NCBI GenBank assembly: GCA_048940925.1
Contig: JBHLOC010000025.1
Span: forward strand, 1 to 64,000
DNA: 64,000 nt
From: Promethearchaeota archaeon
GTDB taxonomy: Archaea; Asgardarchaeota; Lokiarchaeia; Sigyniarchaeales; SOKP01
Direction of reading: 5' to 3'
Made by a program: the position numbers and the translations under genes. Shown one piece after another: positions 50,093 through 60,418 of the stretch; the stretch's first letter is position 1; each line of letters starts with the position of its first letter. The notes below the pieces were generated by a model that was not told where the DNA came from, did not search any database, and worked only from the letters and a program-made list of their open reading frames with translations.

Positions 50093-51931
50093 CTAAGCCT
50101 CCTCGCATTGTTTAATTAATGTATCAATTTCAACATCAAATTTTTTGACAAAAATTCGTTGATATTCTATTGAAGTTTTTAATAATTCTTCATGAGTTCC
50201 TTTAGCAACAATTTCTCCATTTTTCAATACAATTATTAAATCAGCCCATCGAATTTGACTTAAACGATGTGTGATAAGAATTGTAGTTCGATTTTTAAGG
50301 ATATTTCGAATAGCTCTCTGAATTTTATCCTCAGTATTAGAATCTATTGCTGAAGTAGAATCATCTAAAATTAAAATTTTAGGATCGACAAGAAAGGCAC
50401 GAGCAATAGCAATTCTTTGTCTTTCACCTCCACTTAATTGAACACCTCTCTCTCCAACTTCAGAATGATATTGGTTTGGTAAATTCGAGATAAACTCGTG
50501 TGCTTGCGCTTCTTTTGCCACTTTAATGACTTGTTCAATTGAGCCTGTATGACCAAATGAAATGTTTTCAAAAATGGTTGTAGAAAACAAAAATACTTCC
50601 TGATCTACATAAGAAATTTGATTTCTTAACGATTTTAAGGCATACTCACGGATGTCAACATTATTAATCAGAATTCTGCCCTCATCAACATCATATAATC
50701 GTGAAATTAATTTTGTCAAAGTTGTTTTACCTGATCCAGTAGTCCCTACTATTGCTAAAGTTTGACTAGGTTTAACTTCAAAACTTATATTCTTTAATAC
50801 TGGTTTTTCACTTCCAGGATAACTAAAAGTCACATTTTCGAATTTAATAGCACCGTTAATTTCCTTTTTATAACCCTCAACATTTTCATCAATTTCTGTT
50901 TTTTTATTCATTAATTCAAGTAACCTCTGAGCACTTGAAACTGCTAGTCTTATGATTGCAAAAACAAAAATAGATATTGATGTAGGGAAACGTAATAATG
51001 CTAATAGACCTAAATAACCAATTATTTGTCCAATATTCATCAGACCCATAAAATTAAGGATTATAGCATGTAAGAGACCACCAGTGATAGTCAAGGCTAA
51101 AATTAGTAATGGAAGATATTTGGCTTCAATATCTCCTTCTTCAACATATGCATTTCTATAATTATTAGCATCATCAAAATATTTTTGACTTTCTTTAGTT
51201 TCTTGGGCTGTTGCTTTAACAACTTCAATTCCAGTTAATGTTTCATTCAATGTTGCATTCATCATCCCATAAAAACCACGTAATTTCCCAGTAACTGGCC
51301 CAATTTTTCTGATATATGATCTTAGAGAAATAATAAATAAAATAGAAAAAATTAATGGAGCTAAAATTAACTGTGAAGGATAAAAAGCGATAATATAGAA
51401 AATAGGAATTATTAACGAGGTGAAGGACTCAAATATTAGGGAGATTGCGGGACTAATCAAAAAATTCATTGTTCGAACATCATCAGTTGCACGTGCCATC
51501 AATTCTCCAATTTTTTGTTGGTCATGAAATGATTGGCTTTTACCAAGGAGATTAGAATAGAATTCTCTTCTACAATCTCTTTCTAATCTTTGTGCTATAA
51601 CTTCACGTAGCATATAATTAGTTAGGCGCAATATAGGAGTCCCTATACTTAATAATAATATGAAAATTGTGTAGAATAGTAAACTTGATTGTTTTCCAGT
51701 TAAAAAGTCTGTAATTGCATTTCCAATAATAACTAAAATTGCAGATGATAAATTGGCTGTAAGAATAGTGGTAAATAATACAATAATTATAAATGTTTTA
51801 TTAGATCCATGAAAAATATGAGATAATATCCATCTTCTTGAACCTTTCTGTCTTGCTTTTTCAAAAGGATCTTTTCCTGGTCTAAATTCTACATAATTAG
51901 CAGTGATCTGATTTGCTCTTGTACCCTGCAT
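50093..51931 (-). CDS. ABC exporter, TMD+NBD (degenerate-Walker-B subunit of a heterodimer)
   Basis: GTTGSGKT, LSGGERQ, ILDDSTS (catalytic Glu replaced by Asp). Confidence 0.93.
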   Translation of the reverse strand: MQGTRANQITANYVEFRPGKDPFEKARQKGSRRWILSHIFHGSNKTFIIIVLFTTILTANLSSAILVIIGNAITDFLTGKQSSLLFYTIFILLLSIGTPILRLTNYMLREVIAQRLERDCRREFYSNLLGKSQSFHDQQKIGELMARATDDVRTMNFLISPAISLIFESFTSLIIPIFYIIAFYPSQLILAPLIFSILFIISLRSYIRKIGPVTGKLRGFYGMMNATLNETLTGIEVVKATAQETKESQKYFDDANNYRNAYVEEGDIEAKYLPLLILALTITGGLLHAIILNFMGLMNIGQIIGYLGLLALLRFPTSISIFVFAIIRLAVSSAQRLLELMNKKTEIDENVEGYKKEINGAIKFENVTFSYPGSEKPVLKNISFEVKPSQTLAIVGTTGSGKTTLTKLISRLYDVDEGRILINNVDIREYALKSLRNQISYVDQEVFLFSTTIFENISFGHTGSIEQVIKVAKEAQAHEFISNLPNQYHSEVGERGVQLSGGERQRIAIARAFLVDPKILILDDSTSAIDSNTEDKIQRAIRNILKNRTTILITHRLSQIRWADLIIVLKNGEIVAKGTHEELLKTSIEYQRIFVKKFDVEIDTLIKQCEEA

Positions 51932-52113
51932 ATTTTTATAATTATAATGGTAGGAAATTATTTCTCAAGTTATTTTGTTGAAGTACTTTATAGTTAATAG
52001 ATTTGTTACCTTCAAAATATAAATTATTAATATAATTATTTCAATAAGGAGAGGATGGTTTTTTTTAAAAGATTATTTATAAATTTAAAATTAATGAGGA
52101 AAAGTTGATATAA

Positions 52114-52611
52114 ATGATAGATATTACTATTAGAAAAGCTCAAGGGGAGGATGCTGAAGAAATATCAAATATTTGGAAAGTTATATGTGCTGAGAGGAAA
52201 TATTCTGCTGTAAACTATCCTTTCACACCTGAACAAGAAAAAGATTATATACTTTCTTTATCTGAACGTGAAATCATTTTTAAAGCCGAAACAAAAGATC
52301 AAATTATTGGTTTCCAATCATTAGACAAATGGGCAAATTATACAGATTCATTTGATCACGTTGGAACAATTGGAACTTTTATTCTTCCTAAATGGCGAGG
52401 ATATGGAATTGGAAGAGAATTAGCTATTAAAACGTTTCAGTTTGCCCGCAAACATGAATATGAAAAACTTGTTATATATGTCCGAGCAAAAAATACAGGT
52501 GCGATAGAATTTTATAAAAATCTAGGTTTTATCCAAAAAGGTGTGCTTTCAAAACAAGTCAAAATTGATGGTATTTATGAAGATGAGATTTTTATGGAAT
52601 TTTTTCTATAG
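52114..52611 (+). CDS. GNAT acetyltransferase
   Basis: ILPKWRGYGIG, N.GAIEFYKNLGF. Confidence 0.9.
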   Translation: MIDITIRKAQGEDAEEISNIWKVICAERKYSAVNYPFTPEQEKDYILSLSEREIIFKAETKDQIIGFQSLDKWANYTDSFDHVGTIGTFILPKWRGYGIGRELAIKTFQFARKHEYEKLVIYVRAKNTGAIEFYKNLGFIQKGVLSKQVKIDGIYEDEIFMEFFL

Positions 52612-52706
52612 ACTTTTCACTCAATACTTATTAACCCATTAATAAGAAAGAATGGTTACATTTTGTTAAGGAACAATTTAAATATAATAACTTTCATTAA
52701 ATAATT

Positions 52707-52862
52707 GTGTCGGAAAGAGAAATTGCTTATGATTTAAGATTGGAAGATCAATTAGAGGAAGTAAAGTTAAAAATATGGATGAATGAAGAATTACAAATTC
52801 AACCAAAACATTATCATCACTCAATTAAGAAAAATTTCCTAAAATTTTTAAATAGATTTTAG
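52707..52862 (+). CDS. Possible 51-aa small protein, not in ORF track
   Basis: GTG start; MSEREIAYDLRLEDQLEEVKLKIWMNEELQIQPKHYHHSIKKNFLKFLNRF*; TATA-like TTTAAATA about 25 bp upstream. Confidence 0.4.
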   Translation: MSEREIAYDLRLEDQLEEVKLKIWMNEELQIQPKHYHHSIKKNFLKFLNRF

Positions 52863-52945
52863 CTCTGTTTTTATTTTTCCTTCTTTTTACGATTTAAAAT
52901 AGAGTTAGTTGTTTATGAATTTTTATTGTTTATCAATTAATATGC

Positions 52946-53230
52946 TTAAAAGGGATAATTCTTTTTGGTACTTATAAGAGTTGTGGTTGCTTCTATCCAT
53001 TGAGATAATTGTTCTTCAGTTCGGCAAAAACTAACTAGTTTATCTAAATCCTCAAGATTCTTAAATTTACATTCAACTATTAAATCCCACGCACCATATA
53101 GAGGTGTTGAATAAGTTACTTGCCAATTTTCACCCGGATTACTGGATTTTAAATTTTTTAATTTCTCAATCACTTTCCATTGAGCACTAATGATTTTCAT
53201 TCTGAATAAGATATATCCCCGATAATAAAT
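52946..53230 (-). CDS. Stand-alone Lrp/AsnC ligand-binding (RAM) domain; apparent ATT start at 53230
   Basis: PLYGAWDLIVEC...TTTL; the first strand IYYRGYILFR lies upstream of the ORF-track ATG (53200), behind SD AGGTG. Confidence 0.75.
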   Translation of the reverse strand: MYYRGYILFRMKIISAQWKVIEKLKNLKSSNPGENWQVTYSTPLYGAWDLIVECKFKNLEDLDKLVSFCRTEEQLSQWIEATTTLISTKKNYPF

Positions 53231-53275
53231 TTTACAACACCTAATATGTGAATAATCTAGACAAATTATTATTTT

Positions 53276-56200
53276 TTACCAATAAACTTCTTTCAAAGAG
53301 TTATGGTATTCATTTAGAGATTTAATTTCTACTTTTTTGGTACGTATTTTTTCAATTGCATCTATAATTGCTTCAGCTAATTGTAAATTAATAATGACGG
53401 GAATATTATAATCCACAGCCATTCTTCTAATTTTATATTCATCATCCATAATAATTTTAAATTTTTCTTCTACAGTAGTTGGTAAGGGAATATTTATAAC
53501 CATATCAATACTCCCATCTTGTAAACATTGTAAGATATTTGGCTCCATCCCATATTCATGTACTTTATAAAGCTTTACAGCTTTAATACCGTTGTTTTTA
53601 AGAGCTATAGCAGTATCTTCTGTAGCGAAAATCGAAAATCCTAATTTCTTTAACTTACAGGCCAAAGGTATGACTTTTTTCTTTAATTCTGCTCCACCGA
53701 CGGAGATTAAAATATTTCCTCCATCAATTGGAATGTATTGTTCTGCAGCATCTAATGCTTTGATTAAAGCGTCGGGAAAATTTTCACCAATACATGCTAC
53801 TTCACCCGTACTTGCCATTTCTACGCCTAAAACAGGATCTGCTTTATCTAATCTCATAAATGAAAACATTGGTGCTTTAATTGAAACATAATTACCATAT
53901 GGTAAATCCATTAATCTTTTCGGTATTGTTTTACCCATAAATACTTCCGCAGCAAGCCTCATTAAATTTATACCCCTTGTTTTGGAAACATAGGGCATAC
54001 TTCGGCTGGATCTGAGATTGCATTCAATTACATAAACTTCACTATCTTTAACAAGGTATTGGACATTAAAAGGACCTTGTATTTTCAATGCTAATGCTAT
54101 TTTTTTTGTGTATTCCTCAATTGTCTTTATCACTTTATTTGATACTGTATAATACCCAATTGACATCGTTGCATCCCCTGAATGAATTCCAGCGTTTTCA
54201 ATATGTTCCACTACTGCTCCAATAAATACATTCTCACCATCACACACACCATCACATTCCACTTCTCTGGAGTCTGTGAAAAATTTTGTAATGACTACAG
54301 GAAACTCTTTTGAAATTGATACAGCTAAATCAAAAGTGTCTCTTAACGTTTTTTCATCATATGAAACCCGCATTGCCGCGCCACTTAGGACATAAGAGGG
54401 CCTTACTAAAACAGGATATTCAACATTTTTAGCGAATTTTAAAGCATCTTCTTTGTTAGTTAGTACGCTCCATCGAGGTTGCTTAATATCAAGCTGATCT
54501 AGCAAAGAACTGAATTTTGAGCGGTCTTCTGCCATATCTATTCTGCTACCATGGGTTCCAAATATATTTAAATTAACTTTCCGGAAAAACTCAGAATATT
54601 TAGAAAATTTTGTTGCAAGATTTTGGGCAATCTGGCCCCCAACAGAAACAACGATACCATCTGCTTTTTCAAATTCGCAAATATCTAAGATTCTTTCACC
54701 AGAAATTTCTTCGAAGTAGAGCTTATGGGCAGTTTCTGTATCAGTACTTACTGTTTCAGGATTATAATTGACCATAATTGTTTGATCAACTCCTTGTTTT
54801 TTGATTCCCCAAAGACAGTTAACTGAACCCCAATCAAATTCTACCGAAGATCCAATACGATAAGTTCCAGATCCTAAAATTATAATTTTTTTAAGATTAG
54901 CTTTTTTTTCATTTTCAAAATTAATATCATGTTCTGAAGCACTGTAAGTCAAATAAAGATAATTTGTAATAGCTGGCCATTCTGCTGCTAATGTATCAAT
55001 TCGTTTAACATAGGGATGAATATTTAATCGTCTTCTCATTTGTCTGATATATATTGTGTCAACTCCCATTATTTTTGCTATTTGTCCGTCAGAAAAACCA
55101 AATCTTTTTGCTCTTTCTAGCCAATATTTTTTTTCAGTATCAGAAGTGTCTAATAAATCAAGGTTTTGTAGTTGATATTCTATTTTAATGATGTTTTTCA
55201 ATTTGTATAAAAACCATTTGTCCACTCTTGATAAATTATAGATCTCATCAATAGTGATACCTCGTTTTATTGCTTCAGCAAGTCTGAACACTCTTAGATC
55301 TGTTGGATTTCTTAAAGCATACTTCAATTCATTGATATCATCAATTGGTTTTAAATCATTTGCTACTAAGCCTTTCATACCAATATCAAGCATTCTAATA
55401 GCTTTTTGCAGGACTTCTTCAAATGTCCTTCCAATTGCCATGACTTCGCCTACACTTTTCATCTGGGAGCCTATTCTTCGGTCTACCTTTTGAAATTTCG
55501 TAAGATCCCATCTCGGAATTTTAAGCACTATGTAATCTAATGCAGGTTCAAAACAAGCAGTAGTAATTCCGGTGATCTTATTTTTTAGTTCCGGTAAAGT
55601 GAATCCTATTGCTAATTTAGCTGCTATATATGCTAAGGGATAACCTGTTGCTTTTGATGCTAATGCTGATGATCTTGAAAGTCGAGCATTTACTTCTATT
55701 GCACGGAACTGTTTTGAAAAAGGATCTAAGCCATATTGAATATTACATTCTCCAATAATACCCAAATTTCTTATAACTCTAATAGAAGCTGATCGGAGCA
55801 TTTGGTATTCCTCATTTGTGAGAGTTTGGCTCGGGCTTACGACCAATGATTCACCAGTATGAAGTCCTACTGGATCAAAGTTTTCCATATTGCAGTTAAT
55901 AAAACAGTTATCTTTAGAATCTCGTACCACCTCATATTCAATCTCTTTCCATCCCCATATACTTTCCTCAATTAGAATTTGATTAATTCTTGATTGAGCT
56001 AAAGCTTTTTTTGCCTTTCTTTCGAATTCTTTCATATTATTAACTATACCTGATCCTCTTCCACCTAATGTATATGCCACTCGTATCATACAAGGAAAAC
56101 CAATCTCTTTTACAGCTTTTAAAGCTTCAATATATGAATTTACCGCTTGACTCTTACAAACTTTCACATTGGATTTTTCCATTGCTTTAACAAAAAGATT

Positions 56201-56587
56201 TCTATCCTCAGTTGCTTCAATTGCTTCAATAGGGGTTCCCAATACTCTTACATTATATTTTTTAAGAATTCCTTTTTCGTTTAGTTCAACACCTACATTT
56301 AAAGCCGTTTGACCTCCAAAAGCTAATAAAATTCCGTCTGGATTTTCTTTTTTAATTACTTTCTCCACATATTCTATGTTAATAGGTAATAAGTATACTT
56401 TATCTGAGAGTTCTGGATCAGTCTGAATGGTAGCTATATTTGGATTAATTAAAATAGTTTCTATTCCTTCTTCTTTAAGAGCTTTTAATACTTGACTTCC
56501 AGAGTAATCAAATTCTCCAGCTTGACCAATACGGATTCCTCCAGATCCGAGAACCAATGCTTTTCTAATACTTTTATCCAATGGCAT
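53276..56587 (-). CDS. carB: Carbamoyl-phosphate synthase large subunit
   Basis: GQAGEFDYSG, NPNIATIQTD, EVNARLSRSSALASKATGYP, duplicated ATP-grasp, C-terminal MGS domain. Confidence 0.97.
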   Translation of the reverse strand: MPLDKSIRKALVLGSGGIRIGQAGEFDYSGSQVLKALKEEGIETILINPNIATIQTDPELSDKVYLLPINIEYVEKVIKKENPDGILLAFGGQTALNVGVELNEKGILKKYNVRVLGTPIEAIEATEDRNLFVKAMEKSNVKVCKSQAVNSYIEALKAVKEIGFPCMIRVAYTLGGRGSGIVNNMKEFERKAKKALAQSRINQILIEESIWGWKEIEYEVVRDSKDNCFINCNMENFDPVGLHTGESLVVSPSQTLTNEEYQMLRSASIRVIRNLGIIGECNIQYGLDPFSKQFRAIEVNARLSRSSALASKATGYPLAYIAAKLAIGFTLPELKNKITGITTACFEPALDYIVLKIPRWDLTKFQKVDRRIGSQMKSVGEVMAIGRTFEEVLQKAIRMLDIGMKGLVANDLKPIDDINELKYALRNPTDLRVFRLAEAIKRGITIDEIYNLSRVDKWFLYKLKNIIKIEYQLQNLDLLDTSDTEKKYWLERAKRFGFSDGQIAKIMGVDTIYIRQMRRRLNIHPYVKRIDTLAAEWPAITNYLYLTYSASEHDINFENEKKANLKKIIILGSGTYRIGSSVEFDWGSVNCLWGIKKQGVDQTIMVNYNPETVSTDTETAHKLYFEEISGERILDICEFEKADGIVVSVGGQIAQNLATKFSKYSEFFRKVNLNIFGTHGSRIDMAEDRSKFSSLLDQLDIKQPRWSVLTNKEDALKFAKNVEYPVLVRPSYVLSGAAMRVSYDEKTLRDTFDLAVSISKEFPVVITKFFTDSREVECDGVCDGENVFIGAVVEHIENAGIHSGDATMSIGYYTVSNKVIKTIEEYTKKIALALKIQGPFNVQYLVKDSEVYVIECNLRSSRSMPYVSKTRGINLMRLAAEVFMGKTIPKRLMDLPYGNYVSIKAPMFSFMRLDKADPVLGVEMASTGEVACIGENFPDALIKALDAAEQYIPIDGGNILISVGGAELKKKVIPLACKLKKLGFSIFATEDTAIALKNNGIKAVKLYKVHEYGMEPNILQCLQDGSIDMVINIPLPTTVEEKFKIIMDDEYKIRRMAVDYNIPVIINLQLAEAIIDAIEKIRTKKVEIKSLNEYHNSLKEVYW

Positions 56588-56591
56588 AAAA

Positions 56592-57725
56592 CTATAGCTC
56601 CATAAGTTCTATAAATTTATCGAAGAGGTATAACGAATCTAATGGTCCTGGTGATGCTTCTGGATGAAATTGAACCGCTAGAAGGGGTTTATTTTCATGT
56701 ATTAAGCCTTCATTTGTTTGATCATCGACATTTTTTAGATATTCTTTAAAGCCATTCTTTTCAAAGTCTTTAACACAAAAACCATGATTTTGTGATGTTA
56801 TATAACATTGGTTAGTTTCAGGATTTATAACCGTCTTATTTCCACCTCTGTGTCCATACTTCAATTTGTACTTATACCCTCCAGCAGCTATTCCAAGAAT
56901 TTGATTTCCTAAACAAATGCCAAATGTTGGAATATTATTTTTAATTAGTTGTTTACAAACTTTAATTGCACTTATACACATATCAGGATCTCCTGGTCCA
57001 TTTGAGATGAAAACACCATCAGGGTTATAACTCATAATCTTCTCATAACTATAATTATAAGGCGTTAGAATAATTTCTAACCCTCGTTTTATGAAATTTC
57101 TCAAGATATTGAATTTTACACCACAATCTAACACTACAATTCGCCCTTTTGGATTTGGTGGAAAGAAAATTTTAACTTCTTTAGTCGAAACTTCACTTAC
57201 TAAGTGTCTGAGATTAGGATCTTCTGCTTTTTTGACAATTTTTTTTAATTCCTCTACATTTGGTCTTTCTTCTGATTCGTAAATAGCTAATAGACAAACT
57301 TGAACACCTTCTTCTCTTAAAATTTTAGTAATAGCACGAGTATCGACCCACTCAATCCCAGGAACTCCTTCCTCACAAAGGAAATCATGTAAAGTTTTTT
57401 TGCTTTCATAATGACTTGGTTGTTTACAACATTCATTTACTACGAATCCGGTCACTTTTATAGAATCTGACTCAAAATACTTAGTAATTCCATATTCATC
57501 TTTTTCCCATGGAGGAACTCCATAATTTCCTACTAATGGATGTGTCAGTACTACTATCTGCCCTTGATATGATGGATCGGTTAAAGTCTCATTATAACCA
57601 GCTCCCGTCATTGTGTTAAAAACAAGTTCTCCCGTTACTATTTTTGTCGCTCCAAAACCAATCCCTTGAAAATATCGACCATCTTGAAGCATTAATATAG
57701 CAGGTCTTTCTTTCTTATAGAGCAT
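56592..57725 (-). CDS. carA: Carbamoyl-phosphate synthase small subunit
   Basis: GELVFNT, LTDPSY, SNGPGDP, GICLG, SQNHG, QFHPEASPGP. Confidence 0.97.
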   Translation of the reverse strand: MLYKKERPAILMLQDGRYFQGIGFGATKIVTGELVFNTMTGAGYNETLTDPSYQGQIVVLTHPLVGNYGVPPWEKDEYGITKYFESDSIKVTGFVVNECCKQPSHYESKKTLHDFLCEEGVPGIEWVDTRAITKILREEGVQVCLLAIYESEERPNVEELKKIVKKAEDPNLRHLVSEVSTKEVKIFFPPNPKGRIVVLDCGVKFNILRNFIKRGLEIILTPYNYSYEKIMSYNPDGVFISNGPGDPDMCISAIKVCKQLIKNNIPTFGICLGNQILGIAAGGYKYKLKYGHRGGNKTVINPETNQCYITSQNHGFCVKDFEKNGFKEYLKNVDDQTNEGLIHENKPLLAVQFHPEASPGPLDSLYLFDKFIELMEL

Positions 57726-57871
57726 TTATAAAATTTTCATGAACATCTTTATTTATCTTAAAATAAAGGTAACTAATTTTTTTTTTAAGATTGTTTATTA
57801 ACGAGTTAAATATAAAAAGTTAAATTGAGAAATTTTGATGAATCTTGATTAAATTGTCTGTATTAATCCAC

Positions 57872-58933
57872 TTAAATTCTTTTAGTGTCAAGAAATTCCT
57901 CTTTAAAGGCAAGTAAAAATTCTGTAAGGGTTGATTCAATAGCTTTAATTATAGTTTCCAATTCCAAATCATCAAAACTATTCCACCATGAATACCTGTA
58001 ACTATCCATAACTTCTAATTCTTTAGGATTTTTCATGGTTATTATTTCATTTTCAAGTAAAAAAGATGGATCTAATAAGTTAGTATCACCATCTTCAAGT
58101 CGTCGCTGATTTTGGAGCATACACTCAAGTAAATCATCATAAAATAATAAGGGTATATACTTTAATTCCTTTGATTTCATTTGAGTTCCCAATTTAATCC
58201 GCTCATCTTCTTGTCTTGAAAATCCCTTCTCCCTAAGATCGAAAATTTCAATATCTATTAACTCTGGATGATATTGAGTCTCATTAACTTTTTTGAATTT
58301 TTTATAATAAGTAAAATCTTTTACCTTGTAAAGGTTTACACTCTCTTGTTTACCTTTTATCTCTATAAGCATAGAATTTTCTTCCATTCTCTTTCTACAT
58401 ACATCTGCTACAATTTGACAATAATTTTTGGCGGCATCTATAAGATCTTCCTCAAGAATTTTAGCTTTTATAATTGTATGTAAATAAGCTCTCGAAAAAG
58501 CAGAAAAGTCTTCTTCTAGACGGAATAAATTTCCATAAAGAAATTTTGTCGAATTCCACCATCTTAAAGCTCTTTCTAATGTGAAATGGACAGAAAATTT
58601 CTCACGAGACCGAATTTCTGTGAAATACAGTAACTTTTCTACTCCATACTGTAGAAAAGGTGCAGGATTGATCACAGCGGTCTTATCGTCGGTGAGAGCA
58701 AATGATATTGGTTCTCGAGGTCGAATTAGAATCGATTTTTCACCATTAAAAACACGATCAACACGCATCGGTAATGGCATGATTGGATTACTCTTTATAT
58801 TCTCTATGAGATGGAGTAAATGTGGATTTTTTTCATTAATATATTCTGGTGGAAAGATATCAATGAAAAAGAAAAACGGAGCCGCATCATACTTAAATGT
58901 CTTAAATTTATTAATTGGTCTTATAGTAATCAC
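57872..58933 (-). CDS. Hypothetical protein
   Basis: 353-aa ORF with normal composition; no recognised motif. Confidence 0.75.
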   Translation of the reverse strand: MITIRPINKFKTFKYDAAPFFFFIDIFPPEYINEKNPHLLHLIENIKSNPIMPLPMRVDRVFNGEKSILIRPREPISFALTDDKTAVINPAPFLQYGVEKLLYFTEIRSREKFSVHFTLERALRWWNSTKFLYGNLFRLEEDFSAFSRAYLHTIIKAKILEEDLIDAAKNYCQIVADVCRKRMEENSMLIEIKGKQESVNLYKVKDFTYYKKFKKVNETQYHPELIDIEIFDLREKGFSRQEDERIKLGTQMKSKELKYIPLLFYDDLLECMLQNQRRLEDGDTNLLDPSFLLENEIITMKNPKELEVMDSYRYSWWNSFDDLELETIIKAIESTLTEFLLAFKEEFLDTKRI

Positions 58934-59191
58934 TAAAAAATTTTTAATTTACATCTTTGTAATTTATACTCTAAAATACAATAAGAGAAAACTTTAATGA
59001 TATCTTAAGTTAATGATTTTAATTTGTTAATTTCAAGAAAACTTAACAGATTAGAGAACTTATTCGGTAATACAACGATTAGTCTGAAAGAATAAATTGA
59101 GAATCTTCTTCTAACTAAGATGCTGTTTGTGTAGAATTCACATAGACTCATTACCTTATTCTAAAATAATAAAAAAAATAGAAAAAAGAAA

Positions 59192-60358
59192 TTACTTCAT
59201 ATCTACAAATTTCCCGTTCTTAAACAATTCACATGGTTTAAGATATTCACTACCAATTTTTTCGGCGAATTCTTCTAATACTTTAACGAGTTCCTCCCAA
59301 TTTGGAATACCAATTTCAAAAGGCCCGGGAGCATTCGTACCAGCCATAGCAGCATCATCAATGATTTTCCAACCAGAAACAATACCTTCTTCTAATATTC
59401 GACATCCTTCATTTAGACGAATAGCAAGACGAATTCTAAGGTCAACCAATCCAGCTTTTTTGATTTTAGAGAAATCTGGTTGCGGTCTTCCCTTGGACCA
59501 ATCATAAAACCCTTGTCCTGCCTTTCTACCCCATTTACCATCTTTATACATTTGTGCTATTACCTTTCCGGGTTTAAAATCTTCGTGTAATGTTTTGGCA
59601 TAGTAATTTCGTATATGATATCCTGTATCAAGACCAGTGTAATCAGCTAACACTAAAGGTGACATAGGTCCTCTACTCCCGAAATCCGCATCTAAAGATT
59701 CAAAAGGTATTCCTTTTTCTAAGCAAGTGTCAAGAAGATAATTCATATAGATACCACCTGGAGCATTTAACCTATTCACAATAAATCCTGGACGATCCTT
59801 CAAGACTTTAGCTACATATCTGTCTCCTCTAAGACAAGGTAAACTCTCACTAACTTTCATACCAATATTCATTGAATCTTCAGAAGCTTTTTCACCAGCA
59901 ATAACCTCTATTAATCTCATTAATGGTGCCGGATTAAAAAAATGCATCCCAATGCATTTGTCTTCTCTATTCGTAGCAGTTGCCATTTCAGTTATAGACA
60001 TAGTTGATGTATTTGAAGCAATTACAGTATGAGGAGGAGCATTTTCATCACAAGCTTTGAAGATTTTTTTCTTAACATCCATATCCTCAACAACTGCTTC
60101 TATGATTAAATCAGCATCTTTTATAGCAGAAGCTAAATCTAAACTTGTTTTCATTCGTGCCATATTTTCGGCTGCATTTAATACTCCTTTAGATTCAAGT
60201 TTGTTTAAGCCACCTTCTATACTAGCGACAGCTTTATCAATTATTTCTTGTGAGATATCTACAAGAGTTGTATTATATCCTGCCATTAATGAGATCTGAG
60301 CAATTCCATTTCCCATTAATCCAACACCGATTACCACGATGTTTTTAACATCTACCAT
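59192..60358 (-). CDS. 3-hydroxyacyl-CoA dehydrogenase
   Basis: GVGLMGNGIA, IEAVVE, SNTS, GMHFFNP, PGFIVNR; duplicated C-terminal domain. Confidence 0.93.
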   Translation of the reverse strand: MVDVKNIVVIGVGLMGNGIAQISLMAGYNTTLVDISQEIIDKAVASIEGGLNKLESKGVLNAAENMARMKTSLDLASAIKDADLIIEAVVEDMDVKKKIFKACDENAPPHTVIASNTSTMSITEMATATNREDKCIGMHFFNPAPLMRLIEVIAGEKASEDSMNIGMKVSESLPCLRGDRYVAKVLKDRPGFIVNRLNAPGGIYMNYLLDTCLEKGIPFESLDADFGSRGPMSPLVLADYTGLDTGYHIRNYYAKTLHEDFKPGKVIAQMYKDGKWGRKAGQGFYDWSKGRPQPDFSKIKKAGLVDLRIRLAIRLNEGCRILEEGIVSGWKIIDDAAMAGTNAPGPFEIGIPNWEELVKVLEEFAEKIGSEYLKPCELFKNGKFVDMK

Positions 60359-60418
60359 TTTATTTTAACACCTATACTTTTAAATAAATATAAAACTTTA
60401 AAGGTTTAGTATTTATGC

